Shown here in pieces: positions 36,407 to 48,112 of a stretch of 64,000 bases of DNA (its first letter is position 1; every line of letters begins with the position of its first letter). A model generated the notes under the pieces. The model saw only the letters and a program-made list of their open reading frames with translations, did no database searches and was not told the origin of the DNA. Made by a program: the position numbers and the translations under genes. The stretch is from Phyllosticta citribraziliensis (Eukaryota), in contig NW_027117347.1 of NCBI RefSeq assembly GCF_038025025.1, positions 186,001 through 250,000 on the forward strand. Reading direction: 5' to 3'.

Positions 36407-36901
36407 CTACCTGGTCCTGATGATGATCCTCTCCCTCTCCTCGACAAGACTCCCACTGCTCGTGGTCGGCGCCCGAACTTCGACTCGTCGAATCAAGCCA
36501 CCATCGCTCGTGTGATAGGAACGGCCAGGGCCATAGCTACCGGCGCTGCTAGCTGCGTAGCTCGCGCTTCCAGCGTACGAACTTGGCAGCAGCTCCTCGC
36601 GGTACTCGATGTGTTCGCCCACCTGCGAGGGAATGCGGCCGACGTGACCGCTGCTGCGATGGAGCGGGAGCGGGGCAACTGCTGGAGGCAGCGGGGCGTA
36701 TCGGCGGCGCGATACAGAGCGAACCCTGCGTGGCGGCGGAGGTGCTTCGTAGTATTCGACCACTTCTTCATAGGAGCGCCGGGGAGGCGGCAGGACGCGC
36801 GCGCGGGCCGAGGCTGTTGAAAAATTGGAAATGCGGGCCGGAGGGAGCGCGGCTGCGGAAGGCGGCGGCACATATGTCGTCGAACGGCCTATCCAGCACA
36901 T
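36407..36901 (-). CDS. Small Pro/Arg/Tyr-rich hypothetical protein
   Basis: 164-aa ATG-initiated ORF, GC-rich, protein-like motifs (YEEVVEYYEAPPPPRR, EERERIII). Confidence 0.45.
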   Translation of the reverse strand: MCWIGRSTTYVPPPSAAALPPARISNFSTASARARVLPPPRRSYEEVVEYYEAPPPPRRVRSVSRRRYAPLPPAVAPLPLHRSSGHVGRIPSQVGEHIEYREELLPSSYAGSASYAASSAGSYGPGRSYHTSDGGLIRRVEVRAPTTSSGSLVEERERIIIRTR

Positions 36902-38261
36902 GGTTGTCGTGGTGGGTGTTTTCCCGGGTTTTCAGGGGTTTGTCGATAAGTTTTCCAGGATCGAACAGAATCCTCTTGTTTTGTGGAAGTGAAGGCGTCA
37001 GGCTGACTGAAGGCTGAAGATCTGGGCTCTGTTCACACGCCCGGAAAGCTGCGGCTGCGTTCTGCACAAGACTGATGGGCGAGGACGTCAAGGGGTCAGA
37101 TGGCAGTGCGATGCGCCCCGTGAGTGGTGCGCCCCGTAGGTGCGCAAGACGGTCTTGAACTGGACCCTGAAGGAACAAGAAGCGCAAGTCAGATCCAAGG
37201 CATGGCGATGCCGTCTATAAAGGATCGCGTCAGCCTGATGATTTCGGTGGCTGGGACGCACGTCGGGCGGCATCGCCATGGGCGCCGGTTCCGTGCGGGC
37301 TTGGGCACGCCGGAAGCCTCATTGCTCGCTCAGCTCAGGCTCTCAGGCAGGTAAGCAGTCTCGTGATGGCATCGGCAGCGTGACGTAAGTGGTGATGAAC
37401 TTGGTCTGATGTCAACAGCTGAAGAGGTTGGCGCTAACCTGATATGGCAAGTGGATGCCGGGTTCGAGTCGCTCGCCATTCGTTCTGGTGGGAACTACGC
37501 CATGCTTATGCGGTCTTGAATGATGCAGAAATTGGCCAGTGAAGGATTCTGCAGTTCTGCCAAGCCATGCAAGTTCGTCCAGTTAATACGCAGAGCTTTC
37601 AGTTGCGACCTAGCTTCAACAGGTTAGCTTGCCTGTCATTTCGGTGACACTCTCTGATCGTTGTGGGTCAGAAGAATGGCATTCTGGAGATGAAGAACAA
37701 CGAGAAATAAATCGACGATGAAGTAGAGCGAGCAATCTTGAAAGAATCGAGATGGTCGAGGTTGTGGGTCGCGAATCAGAGGAGGACTCGGCATGGGTAA
37801 AGGTCAAGGCCCGCACTCCGCTCCGCCACGCTCCGCCCCGCCCCGCCACGCTCCGCCCCGCCCCGCTGCAGCGGAATACCGAGCGGCGCGCATGCATCCG
37901 ATCCCAGACTACGACGACATTTTGCTGCTCCAACTTTCTGGTCAACACCCGTTACCCACGCGGCCACCACAATCTCTGACGCCAGAACACCTTTCGCAAT
38001 CACTGTCGACTGATTGACGACACGCGGACCACGCAATCGCGCAGCCTGCCACCACACGCACGCCCGCACGCCCGCACGCCCTCCACGCTCGCAGACGACC
38101 GAGCAGCATCAACACAGACGACATTCGAGCGCGAGACCTGAGCGGTAGCCGCAGCGACTACCACGGTAGCATCAGCATCTAGGCAGTGAATCGGACCACG
38201 GCATCACACTCAACGAGGACACAGCTCCACGAGCCCGAGACAACCACGCACAGCAAGCACC

Positions 38262-38858
38262 ATGGCCAAAAAGGCGCTGCCCAAGGACCAAATCGTCAAG
38301 CTGATAGTCGGCGCGGGCATGGCGTCGCCGTCGCCGCCCGTCGGTCCCGCGCTGGGATCGAAAGGTGTCAAGAGCATGGATTTCTGCAAGGTACGCCGTC
38401 TCAACACCACGTCCACCTCATGCCACCCCACTAACACACCCGCTCAGGAATTCAACGCACGCACCGCACACTACACGCCCGGCACGCCCATCCCCGCCCG
38501 CATAACCGTCCGGCCGGACCGCAGCTTCCACTTCGAGCTGCGCACGCCGCCGACGGCGTCGCTGCTGCTGGCGGCGGCCGGCGTGCCGCAGATCCGCAAC
38601 AAGACGCGCGGGGCGGGCAACGTGCCGGGGCCCAAGAACAACGCCGAGGGGCAGACGGGCGGCGCCAACGTCAAGGCGGCCGAGGGCGTGCGCGGCAACA
38701 GCGGCACGGGCACCGTCGGCAAGGTCAGCCTCAAGCATGTGTATGAGATTGCGCGCGTCAAGATGCAGGAGCCGCGGTTGGCGGGCGTCGGGTTGGAGAA
38801 TTTGAGCAAGTGCATCGTGGCGCAGGCGGCAAGTATTGGGATTGTGGTTGTGCCGTGA
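38262..38858 (+). CDS. MRPL19: Mitochondrial ribosomal protein uL11m
   Basis: [38 protein letters not shown]...PDRSFHF..TPP...[13 protein letters not shown]. In-frame intron 38391-38447. Confidence 0.95.
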   Translation: MAKKALPKDQIVKLIVGAGMASPSPPVGPALGSKGVKSMDFCKVRRLNTTSTSCHPTNTPAQEFNARTAHYTPGTPIPARITVRPDRSFHFELRTPPTASLLLAAAGVPQIRNKTRGAGNVPGPKNNAEGQTGGANVKAAEGVRGNSGTGTVGKVSLKHVYEIARVKMQEPRLAGVGLENLSKCIVAQAASIGIVVVP

Positions 38859-39706
38859 GGGAGAGGCATGAAGGAGAGGGAAAAGAGAGTGGCATGCTGT
38901 TTTGTAGTTTTCCAAAAGGGCGGCAGGACAAGACAAGACAAGCCGCAGAGTCGGAGGAGCGTGACCGAGGAGCAAATTCAATCAAAACAAAAACAAAAAG
39001 ACCGAGGGGTGACGGGTTCAAAAGCGCCATCCATTCTACACATCTCTTTCTCTCCCCCTATTTACCGTACCCGTGTAAAGTTGCATGTCCTGTCCCGCAA
39101 GAAGAACAACATCACACAGCACCCCCTTCCTCCTTCCTCCTTGCTCCCCACTCAAAGCACTGATTAGACAACAGTTGGTCAGCTACCCACCTACCTCACC
39201 TCAGTCAGCCAGCCAGCCAGACCACCATTTGCAGCAGCAGCGGCGGGGCGGCGGACGAGGAGGAAAGGGGTCTAGACGCGCACATACATTTGATGAAGTG
39301 TGATCAAGCAAGCAGTAGCAGCAGCAGAATACATCGCAGATAGGCAACGCCAGGGAGATAAGGAGGGAGACAAGCGCACACGTGGTATACAGTCTGAGCA
39401 GGTACTTTAGATAGCCCAGGGGGCAGTATGTCACAGTACCTTACGCCAGTAGGAGATCTGTCAGATGTTTGAATGTCTTTGTTTTATGCCATTGTGCTTT
39501 CTTCCTCTCTTCCTTTCTGCCTGCTCACCCGAACCCCCTTGACTTCTCTCCCGTGCTGTTTGTTCATCGGGCCTGGCGTATCTGCAAAGGCCCTGCGCGT
39601 GATGAAAGACAGGACATGAGTAGCCAGCCATCGGTTTCTTGCTTGCTTCGCGTCTCCCCTTTCTGCTTGATGGACTTTTCTCGCACCCCCTCCTTCCCCT
39701 CCACAC

Positions 39707-40581
39707 CTACACAATCGTCTCCAACTCCCGCGCATACCCCAGCGTATTCTCAATCACCGTGCCACTCATCTGCACGACGTCGCGATCGGCGCTCAGCTGC
39801 TCGAGCTCCGTCTGCGGGAAGTAGATGCGGCCGTCGCGGCCGTTGCACGCCCAGCCGCGCTGCTTGGCGAAGTCGACGACCGCGCCCTCGCTCTCGAGGA
39901 ACAGCAGCGACTTGGCGTCCGTGATGGGGATCGAGGGGTAGGCCTTTTCGCTGCACGACGCGATTTCGGAGCGGATTGTTGCGATGAGTACCTAGGGGGT
40001 GTTAGTGGAAATGGGTGGGTGATGGATGGACGACGCACCTGCGAAAAGACGCTGAATTCCTCGCTGGGCACGCGCTCGCCCTTGGTCTCGCCCCACACGC
40101 GATCATACGCGCCCTCCATGAGCGCCTGCTCCAGCCGCACAGGATACTGCACGAACGGATCCTCATCAAGGCGGCGGCCCTCCTTCTCGCCCTCGACCTC
40201 CAGGCCCTCGAGCACGGTGTGGAAGCCGGCATAGTCGCCCTGGCTCAACAACAGCAGAAGATAGAGACCGGTAATCTTGCTGCGCTGCGAGCCCGCCGGC
40301 GACAGCATCGACGGCGGCAGCGCGTAGAAGGGCGCCACGCTGTGGTAGTAGCGCACGAAGCTGTCCGGGTCTTGCTGCTTGATGGAGATGAGGGCGCCGA
40401 GTTCGTGGATGGAGCGCGCGGCGGCGAGGGCGGCGGCCGAGGTGCTGGGCGACGGCATCAGCGCGTTGGACTGCAGCAGCAGCAGCTTGGCGCGCGAGAG
40501 GAGCGGCCCCGCGCTTGCTGGGTCGCGCTGCAGCGCCGTTTGCAGCTGCGTGGTGATGGTTTGGAGGTCCTTTTCTGCCAT
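39707..40581 (-). CDS. RPN12: 26S proteasome lid subunit Rpn12 (PCI/SAC3-GANP domain)
   Basis: ARSIHELGALISI...FVRYY...ITGLYLLLLLSQG...FHTVLE...PVRLEQALMEGAY; after intron 39992-40038, TIRSEIASCSEKAY...YARELETIV. Confidence 0.95.
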
Positions 40582-41543
40582 GGCGGGCTGCTGGGGTGGT
40601 GGAGTTGACGGAGCGGTGGAGGGTGCAGCGGGCGGGTTTCGGTGGTGAGATGGAGTGGGAGCGGTGGCGGAAGAGGACGAGGTGCCGGTCGATGATGGCG
40701 AGGCGGCGAGCAGTGGTTGGTGTTGGAGTTGTGGTGTTTGGTTGTCGTTTGGATGATGGCGTCGTCGGCCATGATGTCTGGCCGTCGGAGCTGAAGCTTT
40801 GACCGCCCGGCCGCCGGAGCCAACCCATGCATGCCGCTCTCCAAACGCAAACGCCTCGCCGCTCCACGACGGCCGCTCGAACGTGCGAGAAAGAATGTAG
40901 CAGCTGTTCATTTTGCGATGTCGATCGAAACCATCGGATCACCCTCCCTTTTAACAGATCTAGGTTCCAGCTCCCTCACTGGCTGGACAGTCACCCGCGC
41001 CTCCCTCCACATGACCCTCGCGCTACGAGCGCCGTGGCACGACGACAAGAGAACATGTCTTGCATCGCGTGGGCAGACTAACGCCGCGCCCGTGGGATGT
41101 GGATACCGACGGATGGTTGCAATCGAGGAGGTTGGGGAGATTCCTGTCTGTAGATCCGCAACATCTGACTTTGACCGGTCCTAGCCATGGGTGCCCGCGG
41201 CGATCTATCCGCGTCGTAGCACGGCATGACTATTCGCATGTTCCAATCACGACGCCGATGATGACAAGCTCCCTGGAGGATTGGACGATGAAAAGTGACT
41301 TCGAGGCTAACACGGTACAATGCAGAGACGCCCGAGCAAGCGGGAATTGAAAAGGCCAATACTCCCCGCGACAGAAGAGGCAGTTGCTTCGCAAAAAAGC
41401 CCATCAAGATGCCGCCGACCTGACGCAAAGAGGACCACGCTCATTCGCTCGCTCAGAAGCATGCAAGCGCCAAAGAAAAAAAAAGAGAGTGAGCAATCAG
41501 AACGAAAAAGAAATGCAGTATCAACAAGTCCCAACTCCCATTA

Positions 41544-42516
41544 CTAGACTTCCATTCCCAGGAATAACCACGCGTCGCTGACAATGGGCGGCTTGTCGGT
41601 CCACTCGGCCAGCGTGACGGGCTCGAAGCCAATCCAGCCGAGATCCTTCATGAGGCCCTTCATGTCGTCACCGGGCGCCGCGGCGCGGTCGAGGCAGACG
41701 TTGAGGCGCGCGCAGTCAAACTCGGGCAGGCTGCACAGCTCGATCAGCGCCATGAGGCCCGGCTTGAGGTCCCGCACAGCCGCGGCCGCGTCGAAGAAGA
41801 CAAACATGTTCTTCTCGTCGCCGCCGCTGTTGTCGGCCACGAAGCCGCGGAAGAGCGCGCCGCCGACGTAGTCCCACACCTCGATCCACTGCTCGATGGC
41901 GCTGCCGCAGTAGAGGTGGGCGGCATCAAAACCCTTGACGTCTGGGGCGTCGGGCGGCGACGGCAGGCCGATGCTGTTGCCGTTGTTCATGTTGATGTTG
42001 CAGGAGGTTCCAATCCTTCTAGAGTTGCGGTGGTGGTAGTTGATGTAGTCGTCGTCGATGGCTTGGTCGTCGTCGTCTTCGTTGTTACACATGGCCGTTG
42101 CAAGCGAGTCCTGGCAGCCCACGTTCCCCTCACCAAGGAAAATGGTCCGCAGTGTCTCGCAGAAGAGTCTCTCACACTCTTCCGCAATGGTGCATGCAGC
42201 CCCCCCTCTGCGCGCCGAGCCGAGCTGCTTCTTGGGCGTGCTCAGCTCACGGATGGCGGCGAGGGGGGGGCTTTGTGGAGGCGATGGCATTCCCTGCAGC
42301 CACAAGTCAGCAAACGACTCAACACCATGACTTGGACTCAAGATACTCACCGAGCTGACCTCAGGAACGCCACTCGGCCCCGCCGGCCCCGGTAGTGGAG
42401 TAATGGAAACCCTGGAGGGCCATGGAAGAGGCATCGACCGAGTAGCAACTGGCCTTCATGGCGGGGGCGCGGTTGCTACTATTACTACTACTAGATGTAC
42501 TGGAATTTTTCGCCAT
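41544..42516 (-). CDS. OAZ1: Ornithine decarboxylase antizyme, expressed by +1 programmed ribosomal frameshift (~304 aa)
   Basis: ORF1 42516-42361 (51 aa, ...ASCYSVD...FHYSTTGAGGAEWRS-TGA). The +1 frame continues EVSS|GMPSPPQSPPLAA...IAEECERLFCETL...WDYVGG...LKPGLMALIEL...LGWIGFE...WLFLGMEV. Intron 42294-42350. Confidence 0.93.
42361..42372 (-). other. +1 frameshift site TGG-CGT-TCC-TGA
   Basis: ORF1 ends in TCC TGA, the shift-site codon pair known from mammalian and S. pombe antizyme mRNAs. Confidence 0.9.
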
Positions 42517-44954
42517 TGTTGACTGAGCGTGCCACGGTTGCTGCCGGGTGGGATTCAGGAGGGATGGAAGGTTGTGGAGAGACTTGAGTCGGAGACGGTG
42601 GCGAACGAGATCAGTGACGGCTGTCGGAGTGGCTAAGCTTTGTCGTTGTCGGTGAGTCGAAGACGGCTGTTATAAAGGCGCGATAGGTGGATTGAGGTCG
42701 GCGATGTTGTGGTGACGGTGGTAAGAGAGTGGGTGGTCTGGGGCGCAGCAGAAATGAGGGAGGAAACGGGCGGCGCTAGGTGGTTCGGTTGGTTTGTTCT
42801 CGGCACGCCATGGCCCATCGGGTCGGGAGCCCACCTGACGGCCCTGACACCACGACCTGACGCCGAAACAATCTAACCACCAGACCAGACCACACCGAAC
42901 CAATTCTCTCGTTGCAGCGCCGTTGCCATTCTACCCTGCATCACCGCCATTCCAACGCCGCCCATAATCGCCCAGAAGCACCAGCACCACCAGCGACGTC
43001 CGTCGCCACGCTTGGCAATGTTCCAGAAGACGGCCTTGCGCTGCTTCAAGTATAGTCACCACGTCCGATGCTTCAGGCAGCGTCTCAGCATTTCCATCCG
43101 CATCTATGATTCGATCGCATCCCCAGACCATCCATGCCGCCCAACGCGTGCCAAACTGCAGCCTAAGGCAGCCCAGCCCAAGAGCGAACTGTACTGAGAG
43201 CGTGATGCAGGCATGTGTGCGGGGAACGACGGCGACCTACTCAACACCAAGCCCGGCATCGAGCGAGCGGGCGGCGGGCTTCTGACAGCCGAGCCGAGCC
43301 TCACGGAGCTGAGGCAGGTAGGCAGACCGACACCGTCGCGGCTCTCGTCGAATATTCTAGACACATGTCTGCTCTGATCTGAATCCACTGCCCGTCGCGA
43401 CATCTTTACCGCCTAAGGACCGACACGTCCGCGATGGCGGCGACATCTAGACAAGGCTGCAGCAATCTCACACACTATGTACCTCCCTCCCGCACAGACA
43501 GGATAGGACAGTCGCGGCGGTGCCGAGCACACGGAACCTCAAAGGCCTTTGAGCCTCCCCAACAAGCAACGCTCACGAAATGAGGCCGCCTCAAACGGCA
43601 AACAGAAACACCATCTCTCTACAGTGCCAACTCTGCTCCAGACAAGCTCTGCCTCTCACGTCGTAGCTTAGCTTTGGCGAGCGAGCTTAAGCGTCGAGCT
43701 TACTTGCTTACCTCGCTGACAACAAACTCTGTCGCAGACTCCGGGAGGCAGGGGGACGTGGCGGGTGTATGAGTAAGACGAACCGCATACACACAAGCAT
43801 CAGGCCGTTCTTCCGAGCAAGAAGAGATACACAGGCCAACAGGTAGGCGTAGAGAGGGTGTGAACGTGAGGTACACCAAACGCACCACACCAGCAATCCC
43901 AGTGCTTCGTCCTTCGACATATCAATTGCTGTTCTTACTACTGCCGTCCCGGCTCAGCTAGTTCAAATCCACAAAGGGGTATCTATGTAAAAACTACACT
44001 CTCCTCTCCATCCGTCTCGCGCAGAATCGCGTTCGTGCGAGCATACCAACTCCATCTCCGTCAGCGTATCAACTCGTTTGAAAAGCAAAGCCACAACAAA
44101 AGTTCCTCGCCAAAAGACAACCCAACTAGCGCATGCAACCCATAAACCCAACTGGAAAGGAAAGAGACCAGCACTCTAAAGAAAACTATACGCTCGAAAA
44201 ATCCGCCGCCCCATGATGCATGCGCTGTGAAAAACTATGTAAAATGACAAATGTCCAAAATGAGAGAACCCATTCAAAAGATGGCCGCCGCCTGAAAACG
44301 AGACCAACGGTTGGGGAAAAGGAGAAGAACAAACAATAAACAGCAAAACGGTAGAGCGAGAAAAACCAAAACAAGGAACGAAAAACGGCGGAGAAGAGAA
44401 GTGATGAGGATGGGTAGGAGAAGAACCGACAGCGAAGAAAGATAACCCAATGACATGGGTGACCCGATTTATGCCCTCCCAATGTGCGTGCGTGCGAGCG
44501 ATGCAGAACCATCATCAAGTGTCAATTGCAGCAGCAGTAAGCGGTCGAATATCGCAAAAAGAAACGCTCAGTTAAGCAAGCAAACAAGCAAGCAAACAAG
44601 CAACCTAGCCAACATTTTCGTGTGTGGAGAACGCTCAGATCATACGTGTGTTGTTCTTGTTGTTGCAGTTGGCTTTGGAGCCAGGCCTCTTTCTTTTTTG
44701 TTGCAAGTAGTAGTGATGATTGTGGGGTGATGAGAAGTCGGAGCGCAAAGGCGTTGGACGTTGGAGCCGGAACGACCGAGACAACAAAATGGGTGATCGA
44801 ACAAAGAAAATACAGCGAACCGAAGACGAAAAGAGGACGACAGTAAAAAAGATCAAAGCGGCCATCATTTCTAGCGGCAAATCCAAAGTAGTTGGAGGGG
44901 AGATAGTCGATGGCGACGGTACGAGGCAACACGCAAGGGCAGCACGAGGTGTTC

Positions 44955-47900
44955 TCACTCAAACCTCCCCGCCTTGTCGAGCGGGTTCTCATCGCTCTTC
45001 TCGACGCCATCGCTGGCACGAGCCCTCTTCAAGCTGGGTTTTCCCTCAGCGTCGTGAGCGGCCATAGCGGCGGCGGCCGTGGCGGGTACGTCTCCTTTGT
45101 CTCCTTTGTCTCCCTTCTCAGCAACGGGACTGCTAGTGTGGTGTTTGTGGTTCGGGCTGTTGTGCCCGCTGCCACCACCCGCCGTCGCCGCGCTGCTGCC
45201 CGCTGGAATCTCCTCGGCCAGCCGCTCTGCCATGTTGGAATCATACTCGCGCTCGCGGGCGCGGATGCTCTCGGGGTCAAGCTCGCGCGCCGTGGCCAAA
45301 AAGTCAAGCGAGCCGTCGTCGTCATCGTCTTCCTCGTCGTCCGAAGAGTACGACGATTCGACGTTGGTTGAGTTGAGACGGTAGCGCGAGGTGGATGCCA
45401 GACGGTGGTCGTCGTCATCCGAGGGAGATTGGTGAAAGCTATTGCGGCCGTTCTCCGTGGCCTGCGAGAGGGAGTCACTGCCATCTTCGGTTTTGGACGC
45501 CATTTCCATCGGGCGCGGCGCAGCCGACGGGTCAGACGAACCTTGATCTTGCATGACCATGTCCGAGAGCTCGCTGTCGAGGTCCGAATCGTCGGCGTCA
45601 CAGGAAGAGTCAACCGGTAAGAGAGATGGAGGAGGCAAGTCTGATGGGGGCAGGTGGCTCTCGCGAACACCAACAATGTGTCCAGCATAGACCGGGAGGC
45701 GGCGTCTTTTAGCCGGTGGCGGCATCGTCGACTCCCTGTCGCCCGTTGGGCTGAGGGCCATGCTAATCTTGCTGGGATACAGCTTGTCGGGACGCAAAGC
45801 GTGGCAGGCGCCGTTGTTTAGAGACCGACTGCCTTGGCGTACTTGTCGACGATCGACCTCGATGAACAAGTTGTCTTCGGGGATGATTCCGCCAACACCC
45901 GACACTTCGAGAGCCATGGGCTCGATGGAGACGGGGCTCGAGTTGCCAGACGACAGGGGTGCACAGTCCATGTCGACTTGTGGGTCACTCGAGTAGAATG
46001 AATCGTCGTCCATCATCTCATGAAGCGCAGCCCGAGCAAGTGGGCCGCGTCGATCATCGTCGGTACCATATGCAAGTTTCTTGGGTGGTTCGGGTGATCC
46101 GCCGATTGGGGTCGTCGTGTAGGGAGTATAACTTGTTTGCGGTCGGCCAATTTGGACACGATCCCCGCTCAAGTCGGTACAAAACTTGGCCTTGTTGTAA
46201 AAGATGATGGGTCCGTCGTCCCTCTTCCTCTTTGATGCATACGTCTTCATGCCCGAGCTCGCAAAGGCCGAAGACACATTGGCACCGGTCGCGGCCTGAG
46301 GAGGAGTCTGCTCAGGCTCGGATGCCGGCTCCACGTTGGAGAGAAGTTCATCCGACGACGTGTCCTTGTGATAGAAGAGGGGCGTGTATGAAAGCTCGTG
46401 CTTATTGCGCTGTGCAGATGGATCCGACAACCTGCCTGTTGCCTCACTCGAAGTGTGGGCACTGCTGGGTTCGATCTTGAGGCGCTTCGTGCCTGACTTA
46501 TCGAAGTGTGGCCCAGCAGACGATTCGAGTTCCTTGGGAGAAGCGTCGCTGCTGTTGATCGACACATGGTATCCACCTCGCCAGCGAACTTTGCGGCCAT
46601 CGTGGGACAATTCAATCTGCGAGCTGTATTGCTGCAAGGCCTTGATGACGAACTCGGTCGTCACATTGATCGTGTGGAGTTGCGCCATGTTGACCAACAA
46701 GTTGAGGTAGATCCATCCATGTCCGTCCACGGGCGGAAGCTCGGGATCCTGTGGCGAAAATCCCAAATGACGAATGTAGCTCAGGTTGTCAGCAGGGACC
46801 TGTGCTCGCTGTGGATCCAGATCGAGCGGCCGCGTCGGTCGCTGATCAGGGGATTGGTGGCCTGGAGATGACCCTGGCTGTGGGGTGGGCTTGGCCACCT
46901 CGAGTGCCTTTCGATTGGCGTCGGTCTCGAGCAATACCCGATTTCGTCTCAATCGTTTGCTTTCTAGCATGATGCGAGCTTCTCGAAGTCCTTCTTTCCG
47001 GGCTGGTAGTCCCGTCTCTTCTTCGCGGGCCAGCCTATCGGCATGGGCAGCAGACTGGGCAACCTCTTGCTGTTGGATGGGTTGCTGGTGGCCGTTGGAC
47101 CCGGCGCCCTTGCCGGCAAAGATTTGTTCCAGCCTCCGAACGACCAACTTCTTCTTGGTCGTGTCCGTCATGGAAATGGTCTTTGGCATCAACCCGAGAG
47201 GAATGTCTTTCAGATAGGACTGAATGTTGTCTTGCTGGCGGCCGAACACCGATCTTGTTCTCTTCTTGGGCTGCGCGTCTTGGGCACTAGAAGCAGCATT
47301 CGAATTTTGGCCCGAGGCCGACATGGAGTGGTAGGCAGAGTCGGCATTCTGGTGCGAATTTAGGGACGACATGGTGGCCTGGGCATGAAGAGACGGGCGG
47401 GCGTGGTTTGTTTCCTCGTTGGACGAATTTTCATCGGCTTCCATGGCAAACTTCTTGAGCAAGTCCTCCAGCTCTCGCTTCTTGCCGGGATGGAGACCAT
47501 GCACGCGGACCTCGAAGAGCTTTTCCTCCTGCAAGTGCGCGTCGTGGACCTTTTCGTACCTCTTGAGCTTCTTCTTGAGCTTCTTATTCTCAATGGTAAG
47601 GTCGTCAATGACGCTTCGAAAGTCTCCGGCACTGCTGCCATCGGTCCGCATGCGCATGAGAGCCGGCCTGTGAGGCATGGACGACTGGCCTTGGGTGTGC
47701 ATTTGGAGCGGGTTGAGCACGTCCGGGGAAGTTGAAGATGAAGAGTTGCGAAGGAAAAACGGAGGATCATCTAGGGTGGTTAGTAGCAGCGGGATATCAA
47801 GAGTGTTGGTCACTTACTATCCATGTAAGACCCATCTTGGTTGACATTGTTGTTCGAACTCTCGAACCACTTGCCGGCATCACTCGTCTCTCCGGAGCTT

Positions 47901-48112
47901 TCCTTCTTGGAGAGGGGCTTGGAGGAGCCTGGAGAAGGTGGGTTGGCGCGGTCACTCGAGGGGACGGTGGACGACGAGTGCGAGAGGACGTCGACGTCTT
48001 CATGTCGACGAAACTTGCCGGGAGAATGAAGCAGCGAGACAGACTTGTGGGCGGGTGGTCTTCGGGGGTGCGCAGCAACCGGAGGGGCTTGCGATTGTGA
48101 CTGGTCCGCCAT
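44955..48112 (-). CDS. frq: Circadian clock protein FREQUENCY (~1036 aa)
   Basis: Exon 1 48112-47818, intron 47771-47817, then DNDPPFFLRNSSS, coiled coil DFRSVIDDLTIENKKLKKKLKRY, LFEVRVHGL, KKLVVRRLEQIFAG, EGLREARI, QRPTRPLDLDP, GWIYLNLLVNMAQLHTINV, GRKVRWRGG, FCTDLSGD, EEIPAGSSAATAGG. Confidence 0.95.

Noticed and set aside
37440..37485. GGGTTCGAGTC resembling a tRNA T-loop/B-box
   Set aside because: The flanks do not pair into a T-stem, and no acceptor stem or cloverleaf could be built.
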